A stretch of DNA of 20,671 nucleotides, from NCBI GenBank assembly GCA_041640455.1, contig JBEQAF010000034.1, positions 1 through 20,671 on the forward strand, in the 5' to 3' direction. A program made the position numbers and the translations under genes. Below are positions 8,083 to 17,449 of the stretch, piece after piece. Position 1 is the first letter of the stretch. The number at the start of each line of letters is the position of its first letter. The notes beneath the pieces were generated by a model. The model worked only from the letters and a program-made list of their open reading frames with translations, was not told the DNA's origin and made no database searches. The stretch comes from a bacterium. GTDB taxonomy: Bacteria > CALINM01.

Positions 8083-8226
8083 ATTTCGCAAATCTAAAGG
8101 AGATAGTAATGCAATAATATGGTGTTAATACAGTCAATAGTTTTTTTCTTCCATCAGCCCGTTTTAATGAAGGACTTAAAATAGCATTTTTTCAAAAAGC
8201 TTAATTGCACTGTCTCTTATTTTCAT

Positions 8227-8255
8227 TTGACAGAGATATTTTCATAGGATATATT
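8227..8255 (+). promoter_or_regulatory. Sigma70-type promoter of the gap operon
   Basis: TTGACA(8227-8232)-17 nt-TATATT(8250-8255). Confidence 0.75.
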
Positions 8256-8296
8256 TTATTAACAAAATATTAAAAAATTATCACAAGGGGGATAGT

Positions 8297-9295
8297 ATGA
8301 AAAAAGCGGCAATAAATGGCTTTGGCAGAATTGGAAGAATTCTTTTAAGAACCTTTCTTGAGAAGGAAGGACTTGAAATTGTAGCCATCTCCAACAGAAC
8401 CGCAGATCCTAAAATACTGGCTCATCTTTTAAAATATGATTCAATTCATGGCACTTTTAAGGGAGAAATATCGGCAACCTCTGATGCTATTGTGATTAAT
8501 GGTAAAAAGATTCCTGTATTCCCTGCTGCAGATGTATCAAAACTTCCATGGAAAGATCTGGAGATAGATATTCTTCTTGAGTGCTCAGGAAAATACAGGG
8601 ATGCCGATGAGGCAAGAAAACATATAGATGCTGGCGCAAAAAAGATAGTTATCTCTGCACCTGCAAAGAAGGTGGATGGGACATTTCTTTATGGGGTAAA
8701 TCATGAGAATTACGATCCGACAAAACATCATATAGTTTCTGCCGCATCCTGCACAACCACCTGTCTTGCCACCATCTGCAAGGCTCTTATAAAAAAGGTG
8801 AGCATAGAAAAGGGAATTATGACAACCGTTCATGCCTATACAAACGATCAGAAGATACTTGACGGATCTCACAAAGATCTAAGAAGGGCAAGGGCAGCTG
8901 CTTTATCAATAATTCCCACTACCACTGGAGCCGCCACGGCTGTTGGTGAGGTGCTACCAGAGCTTAAAGGTAAGCTGGATGGTATAGCTTTAAGAGTGCC
9001 TACTGCAAATGTATCGGTGGTTGATCTGACTGTGAACATTAATAAGGAAACTACAAAGGAAGAGATTAATAGCATTATGAAAGAAGCGGCAGAAGGCGAG
9101 TTTAAAGGGCTTATCAGATACTGCGATGAACCGCTTGTCTCCTGTGATTTTAATGGTGATTCTCACTCGGCTATCTTTGATGCCGATTCAACTTATGTTA
9201 AAGGCAATCTGGTAAAAGTGCTGGCATGGTATGATAACGAATGGGGATACTCCTGCAGAATGAGAGACCTGTCCATATACATTGCCAATAAATAG
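8297..9295 (+). CDS. gap: Glyceraldehyde-3-phosphate dehydrogenase, type I
   Basis: INGFGRIGR, LLKYDSIHG, ASCTTTCLA (catalytic Cys), IIPTTTGAA and AWYDNEWGYS motifs. Confidence 0.97.
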   Translation: MKKAAINGFGRIGRILLRTFLEKEGLEIVAISNRTADPKILAHLLKYDSIHGTFKGEISATSDAIVINGKKIPVFPAADVSKLPWKDLEIDILLECSGKYRDADEARKHIDAGAKKIVISAPAKKVDGTFLYGVNHENYDPTKHHIVSAASCTTTCLATICKALIKKVSIEKGIMTTVHAYTNDQKILDGSHKDLRRARAAALSIIPTTTGAATAVGEVLPELKGKLDGIALRVPTANVSVVDLTVNINKETTKEEINSIMKEAAEGEFKGLIRYCDEPLVSCDFNGDSHSAIFDADSTYVKGNLVKVLAWYDNEWGYSCRMRDLSIYIANK

Positions 9296-9335
9296 CGGGC
9301 TTAACACCTATTTTGCCTTATCAGGGAGGTAGAAA

Positions 9336-10523
9336 GTGGCTATTAAGAGAGTAGATGAATTTAATTTTGAAGATAAAAGAGTTTTTGTCAGAGTAGATTT
9401 TAATGTGCCGCTCGATGAAAATAGAAATATTACTGATGATACAAGAGTACGTGCTGCTTTGCCAACTATAAAACATATTATGTCTCACGGGGGTAAAGTT
9501 ATTATCGCCTCCCATCTGGGAAAACCGAAAGGGCAGGTTAAACCTGAACTGTCTTTAAAGCCTGTGGTTAAGGAGCTGTCAGCTTTGATCGGCGAAGAGG
9601 TGGCTCTTGCACCGGACTGTATAGGTGAGGATGTAAAGAAGATGGTAGACAATCTCAAAGCAGGCGAGCTTATTGTATTAGAAAATCTGAGATTTCACAT
9701 AGGGGAAGAGAAGAATCATCCTGAGTTTGCAAAGGAGCTTGCCAGCTTTTGTGATATCTATATTAATGATGCCTTTGGAGCGGCTCATAGAGCCCATGCC
9801 TCCATTGTGGGGATTACTGAATATGTAAAAGAGGTTGGAGCTGGTTTTTTGATGGCAAATGAGACCAAGTACCTCTCCAAGCTGATGTCAAATCCTGAAA
9901 GACCTTTTATAGTTCTGTTAGGTGGTGTAAAGGTTTCGGACAAGATAGGTCCCATCAAACAGCTTCTTGAGATAGGTGATATATTTCTTATAGGCGGGGC
10001 TATGGCTACTACCTTTCTAAAGGCTCTCGGGCATAAAGTGGGTATATCAAAATATGAGGAGGACAAGCTTGATTTAGCCAGAGAAATAATGGAGCTTGCG
10101 AAACAGAAAAATAAGCCCTTTGTTCTGCCCACAGATGTTATTGTCACAAAGGATATAAAGTCCTCAGAGTTTCGTTGCGTACATGTGAACGAGATTCCGG
10201 ATGATATGATGGTGGTTGATATTGGTAATGAAACCAAGAAGATATTCTGTTACGAGATTATAAACGGCAAAACCCTTTTCTGGAATGGACCACTCGGAGC
10301 ATTTGAAAATCCTATCTTTCAGGAGGGCACATTTGCGCTGGCAAAATGTATATCAAACCAGAAAAACCTTATCTCGGTTGTGGGCGGAGGGGACTCAGCT
10401 GCTGCAGTAAGAAAAAGCGGCTATGCCGATGGTTTTACTCATATATCAACTGGCGGTGGTGCAACTCTTGAATTTATTGAAGGAATTATACTGCCAGGCG
10501 TTAAAGCCCTTGACAGGTATTAG
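9336..10523 (+). CDS. pgk: Phosphoglycerate kinase
   Basis: RVDFNVPL, SHLGKP, LENLRF, NDAFGAAHRAHAS, WNGPLG, GGGDS and HISTGGGA motifs. GTG start after GGAGG. Confidence 0.98.
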   Translation: MAIKRVDEFNFEDKRVFVRVDFNVPLDENRNITDDTRVRAALPTIKHIMSHGGKVIIASHLGKPKGQVKPELSLKPVVKELSALIGEEVALAPDCIGEDVKKMVDNLKAGELIVLENLRFHIGEEKNHPEFAKELASFCDIYINDAFGAAHRAHASIVGITEYVKEVGAGFLMANETKYLSKLMSNPERPFIVLLGGVKVSDKIGPIKQLLEIGDIFLIGGAMATTFLKALGHKVGISKYEEDKLDLAREIMELAKQKNKPFVLPTDVIVTKDIKSSEFRCVHVNEIPDDMMVVDIGNETKKIFCYEIINGKTLFWNGPLGAFENPIFQEGTFALAKCISNQKNLISVVGGGDSAAAVRKSGYADGFTHISTGGGATLEFIEGIILPGVKALDRY

Positions 10524-10525
10524 TA

Positions 10526-11266
10526 ATGGAAGTTGTAGTTGCTAACTGGAAGATGAATAAAACAAGAGACGAGGCTGTCTCTTTTGTTAGAGATATTAAA
10601 AATGCGCAGTTAAAGGATAAAAGGAAGGTAATAATAGCTGCCCCCTTTACACTGCTTTATACAGTCAGAGAGGAGCTTAAGGATACAGAAATATTTCTAT
10701 CTGCCCAAAACATGTATTATGAAGATAAAGGTGCCTTTACCGGAGAGATCTCACCAATTCAGATTCTTGATGCAGGAGCTCAGTATGTTATCATCGGTCA
10801 TTCAGAGAGAAGGCATATATTTAGTGAGTCCGATGAGCTTATTTCAAAAAAGCTAAAATCAGCCGTAAACCATAAACTTATCCCCATATTCTGCATAGGT
10901 GAAAAGCTTAAGGATCGTGAAGAAGGAAACACCTTTAATGTAATTGAAAGGCAGATGAGAGAAGGGCTGTCTTTGCTAAACGAGGAAGATATTAGAAATG
11001 TTATTTTTGCCTACGAACCTGTCTGGGCGATAGGTACAGGGGTAAATGCTACTCCGGAACAGGCAGAGGAAGTACACTGTTATATCAGAAACCTTCTGGA
11101 AAAAAACTATTTAAAGTCAGATGCTAAAAATGTTAAAATACTTTACGGTGGAAGCGTTACTCCTGAAAACGCCAGCCTGTTAATGTCAAAGGAACATATT
11201 GATGGTCTGCTGGTGGGTGGCGCATCACTCAAGGCAGACAGCTTTATCAGGATAATTAACTTTTAA
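10526..11266 (+). CDS. tpiA: Triosephosphate isomerase
   Basis: NWKMN, GAFTGEIS, IGHSERR, AYEPVWAIGTG, YGGSV and DGLLVGGASL motifs. Confidence 0.98.
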   Translation: MEVVVANWKMNKTRDEAVSFVRDIKNAQLKDKRKVIIAAPFTLLYTVREELKDTEIFLSAQNMYYEDKGAFTGEISPIQILDAGAQYVIIGHSERRHIFSESDELISKKLKSAVNHKLIPIFCIGEKLKDREEGNTFNVIERQMREGLSLLNEEDIRNVIFAYEPVWAIGTGVNATPEQAEEVHCYIRNLLEKNYLKSDAKNVKILYGGSVTPENASLLMSKEHIDGLLVGGASLKADSFIRIINF

Positions 11267-11277
11267 GGAGCAGTTAA

Positions 11278-11619
11278 ATGTTAGGTTTTGTAATTTTTCT
11301 TCATGTGATAGCCTGTATTACCATTGTTATGATTGTGCTTCTTCAGACTGGCAAAGGTTCTGAGATGGGCGCTGTGTTTGGTTCAGCCTCGTCTTCCGTT
11401 TTTGGACCCACCGGACCTGCATCAATACTTACCAAAATTACCGTAGTAGCTGCTGTGGTTTTTATGATTACCTCCATGTATCTTACCTATAGTTTCTCCC
11501 AGAGATCTGTAAAAACCATAGTTCCGAGCACCAAAACAGCTCCGCAGGTTCCAGCAAACGCCCCATCACTTCCCCAGCCTGCTACACCTCAGCAGGGCAG
11601 TCAACCCCAGTCAAAATGA
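11278..11619 (+). CDS. secG: Preprotein translocase subunit SecG with Pro/Gln-rich tail
   Basis: Two TMs, VLLQTGKGSEMGAVFG and LTKIT motifs; conserved position after tpiA. Confidence 0.94.
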   Translation: MLGFVIFLHVIACITIVMIVLLQTGKGSEMGAVFGSASSSVFGPTGPASILTKITVVAAVVFMITSMYLTYSFSQRSVKTIVPSTKTAPQVPANAPSLPQPATPQQGSQPQSK

Positions 11620-12230
11620 ACATAAAAGATATCCCTAAACAGAAAAATTATGAGATAAGCAGAGAAAGGGCTTTAAATGCCCTTTCTTCTTTTTCATCCC
11701 TCGAGCTGGCTCGAAAGACTGGCGGCATAATTGAGGGTAATAATCTTAGTTTTAACTTTTATCGCTGGAACGTATCATATAATATTGAGCAAAAAAACCT
11801 TCTGCTCCCTGATAATTTAAAAAGCCCCTCTACAGAGAATCTCATACTTCATTACATTGCCTATTCTAATGGTGAGCCTCCGAGAGGCGAATGGATTAAT
11901 TTCTATCAGATAAAGGATGCCACTCTTTATCTACCTGTATTTAACAAAAGGACTATCGGCATTATAAATAAGGCTGCAAAAAGTTTTGAAATCTGGAAAA
12001 AAAAATGTGAGCTTTTAGGCGGGGTTGAATACAATTTTACCTCCTCGGCTGTGGCGTATAAATTTTTAGCCTTTCCTTATGTGCCCTTATTGATTGTTTA
12101 TTACGAAGGAGATGAGGAAATCCCATCGGAGATGAAATTTATGTTTGACGCTTCTGTGGTAAAGAATCTCAGTGCTGAGGATACGGTAGTGGCTTCACAG
12201 TTTTTAGCTCTTCAGTTTTTCAGAGTATGA
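11616..12230 (+). CDS. DUF3786-like protein
   Basis: LILHY, GEWINF.QI...LY..VF.KR, AFPYVPL....GDEE.P, FD.S and L.AED pattern recalled for DUF3786. Confidence 0.75.
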   Translation: MNIKDIPKQKNYEISRERALNALSSFSSLELARKTGGIIEGNNLSFNFYRWNVSYNIEQKNLLLPDNLKSPSTENLILHYIAYSNGEPPRGEWINFYQIKDATLYLPVFNKRTIGIINKAAKSFEIWKKKCELLGGVEYNFTSSAVAYKFLAFPYVPLLIVYYEGDEEIPSEMKFMFDASVVKNLSAEDTVVASQFLALQFFRV

Positions 12231-13204
12231 AGGCTCTTTTTAAACCCTATCTTGTAAACAAACCTTACGAAGATCCTCTACTTTACATAGATCTTTTCGG
12301 AAGAAAGGATGCCTTTGCAGCTGATCTGGGAGATATATCAAAGCTATCTAACAAAAAAATTCTTCGCATCTCAAGATGCTTTGTAACCCATACCCATATT
12401 GACCATTTTTTCGGATTTGATGGTCTTTTAAGAAGCTCCCTTGGCAAGCTAACTCCTATTTATATTTATGGTCCCAAGGGGATTATTGAGAATGTTAAAG
12501 GCAAGCTAAGGGGTTATTCCTTTAATCTGATTAAAGAATATCCCATCAGACTTGTGGTCTGTGAGATAAGAAAGAAGTTGATGAGAAACTGTGAGTTTTC
12601 GGCTGAAAATGGACTGAAACCTTCAAAGATAAGTCAGTCGGAGATCATTAATCATATTATCTATGAAGACCCTGAAGTGATTGTAAAGGCGCTTATATTA
12701 AATCATAAGATACCCGTCATTGCCTATCTTTTTGAAGAGCGCAGAAGGCTAAACGTAAACAAGGATGCTCTGAACAGGCTTGGACTGATGCCTGGTCCCT
12801 GGCTTGCAGAGCTAAAAAATCATTATCTTAATGGCAGACATCATGAGTTTGTCACAGTTAATGTTAATGGTGAAAAAAAACTGTTAAGAGTTGACCAGAT
12901 ATCCAGAGACATAATTATTACAAGAGAAGGTGAAAAGCTGTTTTATCTAACCGATATCAGATTTTCTGACACTGTTTTAAAAAAAATCAAAGAATTTGCC
13001 TATCAGCCTGATATTTTCTTCTGTGAGGCTTTTTTTAACAGTCAGGATGAGGACAGGGCTAAAGATAGGTATCATCTGACAGCGAAACAGACAAATATTA
13101 TTGCAAAAACAATCAATGCCAAGAAGCTTGTCATATTTCACTTTTCACCCCGTTATAAAGGGAACTTTAAAAGGATTTACAAAGAGGCAATGGAAGGTTA
13201 TTGA
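12227..13204 (+). CDS. Ribonuclease Z-like metallo-beta-lactamase-fold hydrolase
   Basis: THTHIDH (HxHxDH), PGPW in an exosite-like insert, YLTD, CEAFF, HLTA.Q and HFSPRY motifs. Confidence 0.85.
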   Translation: MKALFKPYLVNKPYEDPLLYIDLFGRKDAFAADLGDISKLSNKKILRISRCFVTHTHIDHFFGFDGLLRSSLGKLTPIYIYGPKGIIENVKGKLRGYSFNLIKEYPIRLVVCEIRKKLMRNCEFSAENGLKPSKISQSEIINHIIYEDPEVIVKALILNHKIPVIAYLFEERRRLNVNKDALNRLGLMPGPWLAELKNHYLNGRHHEFVTVNVNGEKKLLRVDQISRDIIITREGEKLFYLTDIRFSDTVLKKIKEFAYQPDIFFCEAFFNSQDEDRAKDRYHLTAKQTNIIAKTINAKKLVIFHFSPRYKGNFKRIYKEAMEGY

Positions 13205-13265
13205 CTTCTGCTATTATCTGGCAGAAATTGAAAAAATTAAGATAGCTTAGCTTTCTTTAAAATTA

Positions 13266-13294
13266 TTGAAATTTAATAATTCCTTTAATATAAT
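13266..13294 (+). promoter_or_regulatory. Sigma70-type promoter of the TPR/ExbBD operon
   Basis: TTGAAA(13266-13271)-17 nt-TATAAT(13289-13294). Confidence 0.7.
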
Positions 13295-13301
13295 GAAAAC
13301 A

Positions 13302-13754
13302 ATGAAAAGATTAATAGTGGTTTGTTTTTTGACACTTTTTTTGGCTTTGCCAGCTTATTCTGATCCAGTGGAAGATCTTGTAAATCTTGGCAGAGATATT
13401 GGCAAATTTGAAAAAGAGATCCCCTTTTTTACCAAAAGCAAGCTTACTGTTTTCTTCAGTTTTGATAGAAAGGCGCTTGCCGACGTATTTTATGGCGTCT
13501 ATATTAATGACAATCTGGTAAAGACAGGTACTATTGAGATAAAAAATGATAGGTTCATGACCCAGATGATTGGCGATTTTCCTGTAAAAAGCGGGGCAAA
13601 TCTGGTTACCCTGCGTTTTATAAAGGATAGCAAAGAGATTGTCAAAAAATTTCAGCTTGATGTGCCCGAATACAGAAGAGTAGCCGTAGATTTTCTCCTA
13701 TCCGATAGTTTTGAAAGGCTAAGAGTGGTAACCAACGGATGGCTTGTAGATTAA
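13302..13754 (+). CDS. Exported beta-rich hypothetical protein (first gene of the Agl/Glt-like cluster)
   Basis: Signal peptide MKRLIVVCFLTLFLALPAYS. Upstream in-frame starts (13266, 13293) fall within the promoter boxes. 3' end overlaps the next gene. Confidence 0.75.
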   Translation: MKRLIVVCFLTLFLALPAYSDPVEDLVNLGRDIGKFEKEIPFFTKSKLTVFFSFDRKALADVFYGVYINDNLVKTGTIEIKNDRFMTQMIGDFPVKSGANLVTLRFIKDSKEIVKKFQLDVPEYRRVAVDFLLSDSFERLRVVTNGWLVD

Positions 13755-16700
13755 TCTTAGTCTTCTTAATCCTATTCAATTCAGCAAATCTATACTCCCA
13801 GCAAATAGAAAAGATAAATGTTAAATCTGCGGGGAGGAAAGATATTTCAGTGTTTTTTGCTCAGGATCTTGCCTTTGTGGATAAGCTTTCGAGGCTCTAT
13901 CTGACAAAAGAGAGCCTGATGGCGCTTGGGTTATACAAAGCCTTTGGTGAAAAGAATTTTCAGACTCTAAAAAGGCTTATTGACAACGAAACCAATCCCT
14001 CAGCAGCCAGAAAACTATTATTTAATATATTAAAGGATATCAGCAGTAACAAAGAGCTGGAGATCTTTTCAAAAATTTTCGGCAGTTACCTTAAAAATCC
14101 GAGCTTTGAAGAGATAAGATTTTACTATCTTTACAGGACAAACAATCTAAAAGATTTTAAGGGAGAAAAGGCAAGCCTTAATGCCCTTAAAGATGCCCTA
14201 CTTTATTATGATGGTAATGATTATCTGTCAGCCGTAAAGGCTATTGAACCCTTCAAAAATAATTTTCCAAGATTTTATCTACTGCTGCTTATCGAATCTG
14301 GCAGGTATCTGGATGCAATCTCTTTTACTGAGCTTTATCCTGGAGGCGATGGCTATTATTTCAAAGCATTGGCTTTATACTTTATGAAAAACTATAATAA
14401 GGCATCAGAACTACTTCTAAACAGAAAGCTTGATTATAAGGAGAAGATTCTCCTTATAGATTCCATGACAAGAGATGGCAATTACAATCTTCCAACTTTT
14501 GATGAGGAGCTGGCAAATATTAATTTTTCTGATGATGAGTTTTTTATATTCAAAAATCTTAATGAGCTGGAGCAATATGCCGACAGGGATCTGAAAGAAA
14601 AGATAGAGATATTTAGAATAAGATGGGAGATTAAAAATTATATAAACTATCTGAATCTCTACGTAGATGAGATAAAAATTTTTCAGGAAAGACTGAAAAA
14701 GATGGAAAAGGATCTTGAGAAGATTAATAAAAACTATGAGATAGTTTACGATGCGCTGAGAGACGATAACAGGCTGAAGGAGATAAAATTTCGGGTTATA
14801 AATATTAATGAAATGTATCAGAAGTTAAAAGGGTTCAGATCAGATATTAAGGAGATAGATAAAAGCTATTTTACTCTGATAAATGAAGAATATGAAAAAG
14901 CAAAGAAAGAGCTCAAAGATGTTTACCAGAAGATAAATAGTCGCTATAAAGATGAGATAAAAAGGATAAACGTTGAGATTTATGCAAGGAAGCTCGAGAA
15001 GACCATCTTTGATCTCCAGAATCCTGAACAGCCAGATGTTGTTAACCTGCTAAAAGCCCTGTCAGATCTTAAAAAAGATATTAATTTAAAGGACTTTTCC
15101 TTTCAGGAGAGCTTAAGCTATTATCAGATTTACCTATTAAATGAGCTGATATTAATGTCAGCAAACAAACCTTACGAGGAGAGAACTGCTTTAATAAAAG
15201 AGGCTATTGTGCTTGCCGATGATTATCTTAAAAGTTTTAGCGAAAGAAAGGCTGAGGTGATGCTTTTTCTTGCCGATGCCTATGAGTCCATCGGTGATAA
15301 TGATAAAGCCCTTATGGTGCTGGAGATGTATTTGAAGGATTACCCTGAAGGTGATTTTAGAACTTATATGAAGATTGCAGAGTTTTTGTTTGATAAGAAA
15401 CAATACGATAAGGCTATTACCTTTTATAAAAGGGCAGCGGAAAAAAATAGAGCTTACAGAGATGCAGCTTATTATAAAATTGGCTGGAGCTATTACCTGT
15501 CAGGAAGATATGACAATGTAATAAATATATTTTTAAACTATAGGTTTGAAGAGAAAAGTCAGAGACAGGAGCTGCTTCTCAATGAGATGATAGAGCTGCT
15601 TTCGAGAGCCTTTTATAAGCTTGATAATATTAAACTTGTGGAAGATTATCTTGATAAAAACAGGCAGTTCCCTTATCCTGACAAAGTTTTTAAATATCTC
15701 GGAGATATATATCTTTATCTGGCAAACTATGAAAAGGCAATAGAGGTCTATAAGAGAGGCTGGGAAAGATATTATCTATATAAAAACTCCTTTGAAATCT
15801 ATTTATCTGTAATAGATGCCTATAATTTTATGGGGAACAGTGAGCTTGCCTATAATGAAAGGGTCAAGTATATAAACAGCTACAGCAGAAACTCTAAATA
15901 TTTTGAAAAGTTTAAAGAGTTTCCTCGAGAGTTTGGTGATGAGATAATGGTTACTGCTCTTTATTTTAATGTGCGTTTTGACAGGACAGGAGATGACATA
16001 AGCTTTAACCTTGCCACTGAGCTTTATGAAAGGCTGATAGCTTATTTTCCCAATCATAAAAGATCTGGCGAGGCGGCTTTTATGCTGGCTCAGTTATACG
16101 AACAGAAGAATAATAATAAAAAAGCCGCAAATTTTTTCAAACTTGCAAGAGCTCTAAACTTTAATTCCGAAGAGAGCTTTTACCGAGCCATATTCTGTGA
16201 ATACAAGATGTGGAAAAATCAAGAGATCTTTTCTAAGGAGCTTATAAGCTCTCTTGATGAGTTTATAAATAGCTTTAAAAACTCTTCCCGATATAATGAT
16301 GTGGCGCTTCTACTTGCTGACATATCTCTTAAAGAAGGATTTACAGGAAGGTTAATATCTGCTATAGATGCTTTGGTAAACAATAACGATGTGGGACTTC
16401 TTAAGGGGCTTGATTTCTGCGAAGCAAATTTTGACAGCATTTCTGATAAGCTTTACCTTTCAAATATATTTGATCGGGGGTTCAAAAGATTTAAGGAGCA
16501 GAAATATCTTAACCTTAAGCATTTTTCCCTTTTCAAGCATGCCAAACTTCTTGAAGAGGAGAAGAACTATCCGCTTGCTATAAATGTCTATCGGGATATT
16601 CTAAGAGATCCTGAGAGCAGTTTCAGCGAGTTTGCAATTTTTAACCTTTCGCTGCTTTTACAAAAAGAAGGAAAAACTGAAGAGGCAATATCTCTTATGT

Positions 16701-17449
16701 CAAAAATTAAGGGCAAAGATGACCTGAAAATAAAGGCAAAGGAGTTTATCTACAGATTTGGTAAAGAAAAGGGGATGTATCTGGAATCTGCCTTTGCTGC
16801 CATAGACTATGCAAATCTCTCTCCCGAGAACAAAACTGTTTTTCTTCTTGAAGCAGCCAATCTTTTTATAAAGGGTAATAGCATGGATAATGCAGAAAGA
16901 GTTCTTCTGAAGATAGAGGGGTTAAACTTATCAGAAAATGAAAAATCAGAAAAGAATATCTTGAAAGGCATTATTGCTTACAGGAAGGGGAGAAATGATC
17001 TTGCCTACAATCTGCTTATGAAAGAGATAGAAAAAAATATCCCCAAAGATCTGGAAGAAGATTTTGAGAAAGCTGTAAATGATATTCTTATGAAAACCAT
17101 ATATACCAAGCCTGAAGATGAGGCGAGAGAGTCTCTCGAACAGTATGTGGGCTATCTGTCAAGAAAGTATAAAGAAAGCCTGGATGATATATACCTTTAT
17201 AAACTGGGCGAGATAATGAAGGAGCTTTCGTTGTTTTTCCTTCAGCAGGATGAGGCAATGTCAAGAGCTTACAGTCTTTTAAGAAGAGCACTTAAAAACT
17301 CTGTAGAAAAGGAAAACAGAGCTCTCATAGTCAAGTCTATTGAAAAATTGAGAGAGATAGATCCCAAAAGATATAATAGAACCATGAAACTGGAGAAAAT
17401 TAATTTTGATATCAGTGAGACTAAAAACTATGAAAGCCTTTATAAATAG
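13739..17449 (+). CDS. Large exported TPR-repeat/coiled-coil protein (GltD/AgmU-like)
   Basis: 1236 aa with an N-terminal signal-like segment, a central coiled-coil-like stretch and TPR units such as AEFLFDKKQYDKAITFY, AAYYKIGWSYY and LIAYFPNHKRSGEAAFMLAQLY. The GltD likeness is inferred from size and gene context. Confidence 0.75.
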   Translation: MACRLILVFLILFNSANLYSQQIEKINVKSAGRKDISVFFAQDLAFVDKLSRLYLTKESLMALGLYKAFGEKNFQTLKRLIDNETNPSAARKLLFNILKDISSNKELEIFSKIFGSYLKNPSFEEIRFYYLYRTNNLKDFKGEKASLNALKDALLYYDGNDYLSAVKAIEPFKNNFPRFYLLLLIESGRYLDAISFTELYPGGDGYYFKALALYFMKNYNKASELLLNRKLDYKEKILLIDSMTRDGNYNLPTFDEELANINFSDDEFFIFKNLNELEQYADRDLKEKIEIFRIRWEIKNYINYLNLYVDEIKIFQERLKKMEKDLEKINKNYEIVYDALRDDNRLKEIKFRVININEMYQKLKGFRSDIKEIDKSYFTLINEEYEKAKKELKDVYQKINSRYKDEIKRINVEIYARKLEKTIFDLQNPEQPDVVNLLKALSDLKKDINLKDFSFQESLSYYQIYLLNELILMSANKPYEERTALIKEAIVLADDYLKSFSERKAEVMLFLADAYESIGDNDKALMVLEMYLKDYPEGDFRTYMKIAEFLFDKKQYDKAITFYKRAAEKNRAYRDAAYYKIGWSYYLSGRYDNVINIFLNYRFEEKSQRQELLLNEMIELLSRAFYKLDNIKLVEDYLDKNRQFPYPDKVFKYLGDIYLYLANYEKAIEVYKRGWERYYLYKNSFEIYLSVIDAYNFMGNSELAYNERVKYINSYSRNSKYFEKFKEFPREFGDEIMVTALYFNVRFDRTGDDISFNLATELYERLIAYFPNHKRSGEAAFMLAQLYEQKNNNKKAANFFKLARALNFNSEESFYRAIFCEYKMWKNQEIFSKELISSLDEFINSFKNSSRYNDVALLLADISLKEGFTGRLISAIDALVNNNDVGLLKGLDFCEANFDSISDKLYLSNIFDRGFKRFKEQKYLNLKHFSLFKHAKLLEEEKNYPLAINVYRDILRDPESSFSEFAIFNLSLLLQKEGKTEEAISLMSKIKGKDDLKIKAKEFIYRFGKEKGMYLESAFAAIDYANLSPENKTVFLLEAANLFIKGNSMDNAERVLLKIEGLNLSENEKSEKNILKGIIAYRKGRNDLAYNLLMKEIEKNIPKDLEEDFEKAVNDILMKTIYTKPEDEARESLEQYVGYLSRKYKESLDDIYLYKLGEIMKELSLFFLQQDEAMSRAYSLLRRALKNSVEKENRALIVKSIEKLREIDPKRYNRTMKLEKINFDISETKNYESLYK

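Noticed and set aside
8248..8286. Rex operator upstream of gap
   Set aside because: Only half-sites (TTAACAA, ATCACAA); the partner halves do not match TTGTGAA.
13206..13226. Hairpin TTCTGC...GCAGAA after the RNase Z-like gene as a terminator
   Set aside because: Short stem with no following U-tract on the plus strand; too weak to call.
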